Assembly: GCA_965219575.1 (NCBI GenBank) | Contig: OZ244779.1 | Location: 1,260,769 to 1,324,768, forward strand | Source: Candidatus Oxydemutatoraceae bacterium | GTDB taxonomy: Bacteria; Pseudomonadota; Gammaproteobacteria; Poriferisulfidales; Oxydemutatoraceae | DNA: 64,000 bases | Reading direction: 5' to 3' | Shown here: one piece after another, positions 9,901 to 21,900 of the stretch | How positions within the stretch are numbered: position 1 is the stretch's first letter | Layout of the letters: each line of letters opens with the position of its first letter | Notes under the pieces: generated by a model | Databases searched by the model: none | What the model was told of the DNA's origin: nothing | Seen by the model: the letters and a program-made list of their open reading frames with translations, nothing else | Made by a program: the position numbers and the translations under genes

Positions 9901-12900
9901 CGGCACTAAACCAACAATTAGGTGGTTTGGTCGGCATTAACAGAGGGTCTATAACGAACAGCTATGCGACGGGGAATGTCGAAGGAGGGTTGGCAGGTAG
10001 TCTGGTGGGTTGGAATTTCTCTGCCGATTCAACGATCATCGATAGTTATGCTATCGGTAGAGTGCGAGGAAGCGGCGGTGGTTTAGCTGCGATTAATAGA
10101 GGGGTCATCAGAGCGAGCTACTGGAACACCGAGACCGGCGGTTTACAAGGTCGTAACGGAAGCGGTCGGACCACGCAACAAATGCAATTACCCACTGCGG
10201 CGATCGGGATATACGAATCGTGGGACGGTGCCGATTGGGATTTCGGCAACAACGCACAGTATCCGATCCTCAAATACGCACCGGGACCCGACGGCGATGC
10301 GTGCAGTGTGTCGGGATTGCCGCAGTGCGGTGCGTTGATATCGCCGCGCCTGCGCTACGGTTTGCGTAGCTTGGCAACGGCGGGCGGTGTTGCCTTAGCT
10401 CCCGAGTTCGATATCGAGGTACAAAACCGAAGCGGTATTTATATCGGTAGTCTGCGCAGTACCGATAACACGATACGGTTGATTCCGACGACGATAGAAC
10501 CGACTGCGGATATTCGTTTCTATATCGGCGACGATAACACCGTCTACGACCGCATCCGAAGCGGCGAAACGAGTAGAGCGATTTCTTTGAAATCGGTCGG
10601 TATAACCCGTATTCGCATCGAAGTACGAGGAACGGTGACCGTGAGTTATACGCTGTATATCGATCATCGAAACACTGTCGAGTTTACGCCGATCAACTAT
10701 TTGGAAGATTTGCGTGCGATACATCGGCAGCTTGGAGGTTCTTATAAGCTAGCTAGGAACTTGGACTTCGAAGACCACGGGAGTTATCTGGATCCGTTGA
10801 ACAGGGTTCTTTGGACGGTAGACGACTACGAGGATGTTACCGATGTCGGTTGGGTGCCCATAGGCAACGAGGCAAAGCCTTTTGCCGGTCGCTTCGACGG
10901 CAACGGCTATACGATATCGGGTTTGCAGATCAATAGAGATACTGCCGACAATCAAAGTTTATTCGGTGTTGCGGCATCTAGTGCCGTTATAAGCAATATC
11001 GGCTTGTTGAATGTCAAGATAGAGGGTGGCACCCAAGCTGCCGGATTGGTCGGCACCAACCGTGGACGAGTGGTTCACAGTCATGTCGGAGGTAGTGTCC
11101 GATCGAAAAATATGGCGGGTGTGATCGGCGGTCTCGTTGCAAACAACGACGGCGGAGATATTATCGGTAGTTATGCGCTAGGCCGGGTTTCGGGGATTTC
11201 ATCGGTCGGTGGTTTGGTCGGAGATAACAACGGCAAGGTTATCAATAGTCATGCCGATAGTATCGTAACACCGGATTCGGGAGGCTCTCGGTTCGGTGGT
11301 TTGGTGGGTCGTAATCGGAGTCTAATTGCCAATAGTTATGCGAGCGGCAAAATTTTGACAAAAAGTTCCATCAAAGGAGGTCTGGTCGGTTGGAATGACT
11401 CGCAAGCACGGATCGTTAACGGTTATGCTGCGGTTGATATTGTCGGTGCCGTAGCGGGCGGTCTGGTTGGATATAACCGTGGTGCTATAAAAAATAGTTA
11501 TGCGATCGGTGAATTGAGAAGCACCGGCAATGCAATAGGTAGTTTGATCGGAAGCAACGACGGCGGCACACCCGTCGCAAGCTATTGGAATAGCGATACG
11601 ATTGTTGCCGGAAGTCGCAACGGCATCGGGCAGACTACGACACAACTAAAATCACCGACCGCCCCCGGTTTACCGGGTGAGACTTTCGAGGGATGGGATG
11701 TTGCCGATTGGGATTTCGGCACATCCGAACAATATCCGATACTTAAATATGCATCGGGGTCGGACGGAACCGCATGTGGTCTATCGGGGTTGCCGCAATG
11801 CGGCGATCTAATATCGCCGGGATTACGCTACGGTTTGCGTGGTTTAAGCGCGGCGGACAATGCGAGATTCCTCACACCGATCGACATCGAAAAGCTCAAC
11901 CAAAACAATGTTTATTCTATTACCATCCTCAACGATCGTCCGAGTGTACGGTTGACCCCGGTTGCGATCGAATCAACCGCGCGTATCGGCATTATAGGGT
12001 CTGTGCGAGAAACCCTAGACAGCCACGATACGAGTTTGCCGATTTCGTTAAAAAACGACGAAGTAAAGAAAGTGATTATTGAAGTAGAAGGCACAGAGAC
12101 GGTCGGATATACGCTTTATTTGAGCTACTCGGCTCATAGGGTGATCGACGAGGACGGCGACGGCCTAGTCGATATCGATTATTTGGAAGATTTGGATGCG
12201 ATACGTTATCAGTTGGACGGTAGCGGTTATAGAGCAAGCATCGGGTCGGCCAAGATTACATCGGGCTGCCCGAGGCAAGGCTGTCGCGGTTATGAATTGT
12301 TGAGAGACTTGGATTTTAACGATGCCGGTAGTTATCGCAACGCCGAGGAGAATATGGGTCGCTGGACCGGCGCAGGTACTTGGTTTCCTATAGGAGGGAC
12401 TTTCACCGCTACATTCAAGGGCAATAATAAAACGATTGCCAATTTAAGCATGGGTGTAAACGGCGGTCTTTTTAGCGCAATAGGTAGCGATAGTCGTGTT
12501 GCTTATATAGACGGTATCGGATTGACGGGTGTCGATATTAAAGGGAATGCAGTTGCCGGCATCGCTGCGTCGTGTAAGCGGTGTACGATAAGCAATAGCT
12601 ATGTGATAGGAGATATACAAGGAACCGCCGCTGCCGCCGGTTTGGTGAATACTATCGGCGCAACGAGCGGTGGGCGCGCCCGAATTAGTAATAGTTATTT
12701 CGTCGGCAATATTGCCGTCGACGGTCGATCGTCGGTTGCCGGAGGGTTGGTCGGCGATGTAGACTCCGATCTAACCATTACCGACAGCTATGTGGTCGGC
12801 GAGATCGGCGGAGCACACGATGGCGGATTTATAGGTGGCTTGGTCGGGGTACGCTCGTCGTCGGTTATCGAAATCGGCAACAGCTATGCGAGTGTTTCGG

Positions 12901-15900
12901 CAACCAAAGCCGGTGTACCGCAGGGTTTGTTCGGAGGCAATAGAGATCCGAACGATCAGCTCGCACCGACTGCCAAGGCAATTTATTTGGACAAAGATAT
13001 CTCTAGAATCGATGTGACTTTGGGAGAGAGTAAGCGCACCGTTGTGCTTCAATCACCGACGAGTGCCACCGGCATCTATAAAAACTGGGATAGCGATAGC
13101 TGGGATTTCGGCACCGCCGAGCAATATCCGGCGATCAAGTATAATTTGGATGCCGCTTCTACCGATGGTGACGCATATTGTGATGCGGTAAACATTCAAA
13201 AACGTCCCGATGCGTGCCGCACTGTGCTTCGTCATCAGGGTAGCCTGCTACAAGACTTAAAATTATCCGAGGGCGCAGGTTTATCCGGTCCTTTTAGGTT
13301 CACATCGTTCGATTACGGTATATCGGTCAATGCCGATCGGAGTACTATTCGTATGTTGCCGACTGCGTCCAATGGAATAGCGACGATCGAGGTTGTTAAG
13401 GATGGCAACGCAATAGGAGAAACCGACAGCGGTGAATGGACGGCACCGATACCGTTGAACGACAGCGGCGATACGGTCGTCGGTTTGGTCGTAAAAGACG
13501 GCAAACGACATTCGTACCGATACCGATTCGTTGTCAATCGCCTCGATATAGTAACTCAAAGCGTAGACGGCGACGGCGACGGACTCATAGATATTAGCAA
13601 TGCGACACATTTGAATGCCATCCGTCATCGCATCGACGGTAGGACCTATAATGAAAGTGAAAACACTGTTACAATTTATTGTTCGGGTGGTTGCACGGGG
13701 TATGAATTGACTGCCGACATAGACCTTGCCGGCATCGAGTGGCAACCGATAGGTAGTCCGAATGAACCTTTTAGCGGTGTATTCAAAGGCAACGGCTATA
13801 CGATTTCTAATTTGACCATAAAAGCAAATAACACCGACAATATCGGTCTATTCGCAGCGATCGGAGCCGGCGGCAGAGTTGAGAATCTCGGTTTGGTGAA
13901 TGTAGATATTGCCGGGCAGGGTCGTCGTATCGGTAGTATAGCCGCCTTGAACTCCGGCACGATTATCAATAGCTATGCCGACGGCAGGCTCGTAGATAGC
14001 GGCGGGAGCATCAATGTCGTCGGTGGTTTGGTCGCTAGAAACGAGCGCGGTGAAATCGTCAATAGCTATGCGCGTGTCAACATAGAGGCAGCGACCAGTT
14101 TTGCGGGCGGTTTGGTCGGTGAGAACCGAGGGGGTTCCGTCGTTAATGGTTATGCCGGCGGCGATGTGCGAGTCGATAGCGGTATCGCGGGCGGTTTGGT
14201 GGGAACAAACGGCAGTGGGGGTTCGATTGTTAATAGTTATGCTACCGGCGATGTGCAGGTCGGTAGCGGTAGATCGGGAGGTCTGGTTGCGGCAAGCTCC
14301 GGCGGAGGAACATTGAATAATAGCTACTATAGAAAGGGTGCGGTTATCTCCGGCACCGACTCACTCGTCGGCATCGATAAAACTGCGGTGGAACTCAAGG
14401 CCGGTGTGCCGTCGGATGATGTTTACACCGGCTGGAACACAACCGATTGGCACTTCGGCAATGCAGAGCAATATCCGGTCTTGTTTTATGTGACAGGCGA
14501 TGACAACGATCATCGTGCGTGCGCAACATCACCGACCGATACAGAATTGCCGACCTGCGGAACCTTGCTACCCGGGCAGCGTGCCGGGCTGGCTAGGATG
14601 GAACTTTCAAAAAATGCACACTTAACTCCGTCATTTAATTCCGAGATATACGACTACGATCTAGTCGTCGATTCGGGCACCACATTTCGTATCACACCGA
14701 CCGCCTATTACGACACCGATACGATTACCGTAGACGCCGCCGGCTTGCGCTCATCCACAACCGGTGGGCAGAGCCTGTTGTTCACGCTAAACGACGATTT
14801 AGACGGTATCGTAATCACGGTGAGATCCGCAAGTCATAATGTGCCGACACGCTATACGATTAAAGTACTGCACAGCATTGCGGTAGAGGATGGTTTGATA
14901 ACGATCGATTATCTGGAAGACTTGAACTTGATGCGTAATCCCATAGAGCGGGTATCCGCTGTCTTAAAGGATTGCCCCATAGACACCGAAGACAATGCAA
15001 GGCGATGCAGGGGTTATGAATTGAGCAGAGATTTGGACTTTGAGGATCCTACAAGCTATCGTTCGGGTAGGGTCAACTCGGTATGGACGACCGGTGCCGG
15101 ATGGCAACCGATAGGAGACAGCAACAACCCTTTCGGCAGTTTATTTAACGGTAATGCACACACGATCTCAAATCTTAGATATTCGGGTACTGCTTCCGGT
15201 CCTGTTGGTTTATTCGGTGTTTCGGCGGACGCTGCGAGAATCGAGAACATCGGCTTAGTCAATGTAGATATCGATGTCAACGGTCAATCCGGTATCGGTG
15301 CTTTGGTAGGCGAGAATCGTGGCGACATCGTCAATAGCTATGTGGTAGGCGGTGATGTTCGTGGCGGTTCTTATGTCGGTGGATTGACCGGCAGGAATTC
15401 GGGTGTGATCGTTAATAGCTATACGGATGTTGCGGTCGCCGGGACTAACTTTGTCGGTGGTCTAGCCGGTGGTAGCCAATCGTTCTCAAGAATCGACAAT
15501 AGTTATGCGAGTGGTACGGTCACCGGGAATGACTTCGTAGGAGGGTTGGTCGGCTTATCACAAATAAGCATCTTGAATAGTTATGCAAATGTTGCGGTTA
15601 TCGGAAGTCGGTCGGTGGGGGGCTTGGTCGGTGAAGCGAGCAATAGCATTATCAACAGCTATGCAATCGGCAAAATATCGGGTGGTAGTGAGGGATTAAT
15701 AGGTAGTAGTGATTTCGGCAGTTTTTTCTCTATTCAGAGTTATTGGGATGTCGCTACGAGTACGGTGGGAGACGATAATAACGATCTCAACGGTGTCGGC
15801 AAGACGACCTCGCAGCTTCAAACACCTGCGATCGGAGAGGGAATTTATAGCGGTTGGAGTAGCGACGATTGGTATTCCGAGACCGGTCGATATCCGCTAT

Positions 15901-18900
15901 TGAGATATACCGGTGCTAACGATATAATCACTCGCCCGGCGTGCCGAACAACCGAAGATGTCGATAGCGAACTGCCGGTGTGTGGAACTTTGTTGCCAAA
16001 TCAGCGTATAGGCTTACGCAATCTAGCGCGCTCGAATAGTGTGGGTCAGGTTTTGTTGTTAAGACCCGGCTTTGATTCCGGGATATACGATTACGAGTTG
16101 GTATTGAAAAGCGATGCGCGTGAGTTCAGTATTATTCCGTATACCTTTAACCCGAATGCGGTCATCGTAGTCGACGACAATAGTGAGATCAATCCACAGG
16201 AAAAGTTACGAAGCAGTCAAGTCACCACCCTTCAAATGGACAATATTAATAGTTTTTTGTTGACGCTGACAGTGGATGATCCTTTGGTATCCGAAGCGAC
16301 GCAAACGACGGTCTATCGTTTTGAGGTAATCAGACATCCTCTTATTACCGTCAACGATATAGACGACGACGACGACGGCTTGATCGAGATACGCAGCGTA
16401 GAGGATCTGAATGCGATTCGTTATCAACCGGACGGTAGCGGTTATAAAGCGAGTCGCAACGATATCAAAATCACCGTGGGGTGTCCCGAGACCGGCTGCA
16501 TAGGTTATGAATTGGTGCAAGATCTGGATGTCGACGACGCAATGCGTTTTGCCGACTGGCAGCCGATAGGATATATCGCACCGAGCGGCGATGCCGATGA
16601 ATGCAATCATCCGAGTAATCGGTGTTTTAGCGGGATATTCGACGGCAACAATCATACCATTTCAAATCTGCGTATCGATAAAACCGGCACCGACAATGTC
16701 GGCTTGTTTGCGGCATTAGCCGACGGTGCGCAAGTCAGAAATGTCAATCTGGCGAATGTGTCGGTCGAGGGTCGCTTCGGTGTCGGAAGTCTGGTCGCCT
16801 ATAATGCCGGAGAGATAGACAACAGTTATGCCGACGGTACGATAACGGGAGAACGCGATGTCGGGGGATTGGTTGCCTACAATGTCGGTCGGATTTCCGA
16901 TAGTTATGCTTACGGTGCGGTATCGGGCGGTTCTTCGGTCGGTGGTTTGGTAGCTCGTAACAAAAACGGTGGGGCGATTGCAAACAGCTATAGCTTGAAC
17001 CGTGTATCGGGCGACGATAACATCGGCGGGTTGGTCGGTTTGAATCTCGGTTCTATTGTAAATACTCATGCCAGCGGTGTTGTTCAGGGAGGCACACTTG
17101 TCGGTGGTTTGGTCGCTAACAACGGCGGTTCGGTCGCCGACAGTTATGCGACGGCAGAGATACTATGCTCCGGCGTGCCGGCGTGTGCTTCGTATACGGT
17201 TGCTACGGGCGGGCTGATCGGTAGCGATGTCGGTGGTGTTGTAGCAAATAGCTATTGGGATACCGGTGTGAGTAAGCTACGAGTATCCGCCGGCGGTGTC
17301 GGCAAAACTACCCTGCAACTGCAATCGGGTAGCGGTCAATCGTCGGATGCAAGCGGCGCGTATTACCGGTGGCGCGATAGCGACTGGTACTTCGGCACTG
17401 TAGATCAATATCCTATTCTTAAATATGCCGACAGTACCGAAAGCACGCTTGTCGGTTTGCAGTCTTATGGTTTGACAAGTTTAACGATCGCAGAGATTGT
17501 GACGCTGTCTCCTAACTTTGACACGACTAAATTGTATTATCGTGTCGGCGTAGAATTGGATACCGATATAAGGAAATTACATTTGACACCGAATGCACTG
17601 GATGAGGATGCAACCATTGGTATCTTCAGCGATAACGGTTTTGACGAGACGGTTGCAAGCGGCACCGACAGTTCGGCGATTGTGTTGCGCTCGACCGGCA
17701 CAACGGTGATTAACATCGAAGTCTCGGGATCACGGCGCGTCCTATATCGGTTTGAAGTCGATTATTTCTCTTCCGGTTTTGAAGACGATGTCGATACCGA
17801 CAAAGACGGATTGATAGATATTCTAAGCCTCGAGGATTTGGATGCGATACGCAATGCGCTCGACGGCAGACGGTTGAGATATCAAAATGCCGACGGCGTA
17901 TCGATAGAAAGTGCCAAAGGTTGTCCGATTAGCGGCTGCAAGGGCTATGAGTTGATGCGAGACTTGGACTTCGATAATCCGACACATTACCGAACGGGTC
18001 GCGTGAATACGGCATGGACCGGCGGGGCAGGCTGGCAGCCGATAGGCACCTCGCTATATCCGTTCACGGCAACATTCAAAGGCAACGGCTATACGATTTC
18101 TAATTTGAGAGTAAATAGAGCGGATAACGACGGCGGTTTATTCGGTGTGATAGACGGCAGCGAAAGCGATGTGGTAATAGAGGGTCTCGGTTTAATCGAT
18201 GTAGATATAGTCGGAGGTACGCATGTCGGCGGTTTGGTCGGCACCAACCGAGCGGGCGACATTCGCCGGAGCTATGTCACCGGTTATGTGGTGGCAAGAG
18301 GTGACGGCACATCGGCAATCGTCGGCGGTCTGGTCGGTAGAAATGTTGCCGGCTCGATCACCGAATCATACTCGGAGACACAGGTGAAAGGCAATCTATC
18401 GGCCGGATTATCGGTGGCATTGGCAGGTGGTTTGGTTGCTCTGAACGACGGTCGCGGTCGTATCGAGAATAGCTGTACGGCGGGGTCGGTGATCGGGTCG
18501 GTGGGTGTCGGTGGCATGGTCGGTGAGAACAACGGTTCGGTTCATAATAGCTATGCGGTGAGTAGGGTTATAGGCATCGGTGCATTGTCCACGGTGGGTG
18601 GCTTGGTTGCCGTCAACGATGCAGTGGTCGACGACAGTTACTGGGATATAGAGGTGAGTGGTATCGCATCGAGTGCCGGCGGCACTTCTGCGACCACGGC
18701 AGTACTCCGATCGTCGACACCGACTTCACCGATCAATAGCATCTATAAAGACTGGGATACCGATGTCTGGGAGTTCGCAGATACGAATCGTTATCCCGAA
18801 CTGAAAGCGATTGCCGATGTGCCGCTACTTGCCCCCGAAGGAAAAAGTCTGTTGCAAAGTCTGACCCTATCGGACAATGTCCGGTTATTCCCGTCTTTTC

Positions 18901-21900
18901 ATCCGCTCGTTTTCGACTACGAGCTGATAGCCGAGGCCGATCGAATGACCGAAGTACGGCTCGATACCACCTCAACGCGGATAGGCACGACAATCGATAT
19001 TACTTGTCGCAACGGCTTGATATGTTCGCCGGGTATTCCGACATCGTTTGCATTGGACGGTAGCGATACACCGAAAATTACGATAACCACGCATAACCTC
19101 GATGCCGGCGAATTATCGTATAGCTTCTCGGTGCGTTACCACGAACTAAAAATCGAACGAATGACGGCAACGACAACGACGATCGTGCCGTTATCGTTGT
19201 CGGTAGCCGAAGGCGAGCGTGTTCGCTTAATGGTTTCGTATCATTTTAGTTTGGATGAAGATTTATATCGCTACCGCTGGCGACAATCGTCGGGCGATGT
19301 GCTGAAGTTCAACGATAAGCAATCGCCGGTTGATATGCAAAATGCGATGTTGAATTTTATGATACCCGACGATGTCGTGTCTAAGCAAGACGACAGCCGT
19401 GTCGTTCGGTTGATAGCGGAAGTCAATGCGAACGACGACATCTATTTAAGCAAAATGTTATCGTTGATAATTTCCAAACGAAATAACGATACCGCCGATC
19501 GTATTCACTTACTCGGAGATAGCGATCAACCGGATACTTATGCCGTTCGATTTGAAAGAGACGACGGTAGCGAGTTTGTAGACCGCGACGGCGGTTTTGC
19601 CGAAACCCGTATACACTGGCAGCGTCGTCGTAGCGATACCGAAGATTGGGTCGATGTCGGGAACGGGTCTCCGTATACCATTCCCGACGAGGGTGCTTAT
19701 CAATATCGCGCACTCGCTACATACGAGGATAATCAGGGTTATCGCGAACAATTTGAGTCCGGAGTCATAAACTATTTAGACCTAGACGACGACGGTGACG
19801 GTCTGATAGAGATTCGTTATTTGGAAGAGTTGGATGCGATACGTCATCAGCCGGACGGCAGCGGCTATAAAGCGACTGCGAGTGCGGATAAGATTACTGC
19901 GGGGTGTCCGTTGGTCAACGGTATCGAGCAATGCCGAGGCTACGAATTGATGAACGACTTGGATTTCAACGACGACCAAAGCTATCGTACGCTTGATCCG
20001 TCGCGACTCAAGAACAGCTGGACGGTGAGCGATTTCAGTGCTGCAAGCGATTCGGGTTGGCAGCCTATCGGTGGGTTTAATGCCGTATTCGACGGCAACG
20101 GTTATACGATATCGAATATACAGATAAACCGTAGTGTCGGCAATACAAGCAATATAGGCCTATTCTCCGATATGGGTTCGGGTGGAAAGGTTAAAAACTT
20201 GGGGCTTATAGATCCGGCGATCAAAGGTCTGGTCGGGATTAAAAATGTAGGCGGTATCGCCGGCAGAATAGAACGCGGCGGTGTCATCATGAACAGCCAT
20301 GTGATCGGCGATGTCGGTGCAGGAAAAACCGATAAAATAATAAGAGGCGGTAGCGGATTGATAGGCGGGATGGTCGGCAGGAATAAAGGGCTTATACTCA
20401 ATAGTTATGCAAAGATCAATGTGATTGCCGAAGATTCCGGAACAATTGAAAACAGAGTAGGCGGTTTGGTCGGTAGGAACATAGACGGTGGCAAGGTGTA
20501 TAACAGCTATGCGACCGGTGAGGTGAAAGGACCTTGCATCGTCGGTGGTTTGGTAGGCAATCAGTTTTCCACCAACTCGAATCAGTTATTGACCCGCAGC
20601 GAGATCAAAAACAGCTATGCGACCGGTAATGTAGAGACCGGGTTCGGGACTTGCAGTAATTCGAACAACAAAGTTGCCGCTGCTTTAGTCGGTGTTAATA
20701 CTAATTCAAAGGTTGAAAATAGTTATACGCTAGGCAAAGTTTCCGGTAGTGGCACATTGTCCAATTTAATTGCTCGAGGGTCTGCCCCGATAAATAGTTA
20801 TTGGGATAGCGGAACGACTAATGTAGGCGGTGATGCTAGCGACAGGACTACTGTTAAAATGATATCGACACTCGGACCGGGCACGGCGGAAACCGACATT
20901 TATTATCGATGGAGTACCGATGACTGGGATTTCGGTACTATAAAACAATATCCGGCACTCAAATACGGGGTCGGATTGGATAAAGATGACCCGGGTTGCG
21001 ACACCGATCCCGAGACGGCGTTGCCGAGCTGTGACTCCTTATTGCACGGTCAGATTGCCGATATGCTTTTGTTGGATAGTCTGAGTGTATCCGCCAATTC
21101 GAGGGCTGTGCGGCTGACCCCGAACTTCATGCCGAGTAGATTTAACTACGAAGCGGTGATTGATGCCGAGACCGCACCGGTGTTTATAAGAATTGTCGCT
21201 GCTGCCGATGCAAATAGTGAGATAACATTTCGTAGAGACGGCGGCGCACCTTTGACCAAGCAATCGGACGGCACCGTGCAGATTAGTGAGAGTCATCCAT
21301 TCAATCTCGGAATTGAGATTGCAAGCGGAAACGAGAGAGCGGCAAACTATAAAATACAAGTGCATTTGAGTTATTTGCCGCAACCGAGAATACTCAAAGT
21401 AATCAACACCGGTATTTCCACCGAATTAGTCAAAGGAAATATCCTTAGCTTAAACGAGGGGGATGTCGTCCGCCTCGATGCCTCGGAAAGTTTCGGGCAG
21501 AACTATTCGCGGTTGGATTACCGATGGAGTCAGGTATCGGGGAAACCGTTACTGCCGGGGATACAAACCACATCTACCGTAAAGTTTACGGTACCTACCG
21601 ATTTTGTCGCCGCAGACGACGACGATAGCACGGTGATCCTAAAACTAAAGCTGAGCGAAAACAATAATCCACTAATTACCGTAAGTGAAAAAGTAGCGTT
21701 GCTGGTTAGAAAAATTAATAACGGCAATGCCGAGAGTGATGCGAAATGGATCAGTAGCGATACGCTTTCGGCAAGCGACCTGTTGGACGATATAGACGGA
21801 GGTCCATTGATCGATGTGGTTTATCTATGGTCGTTGGAACAGAACGGTAAATTTATCGCGATACCCGGTGCGACCCGAAAAAGCTATACGCCTCCCGAAA

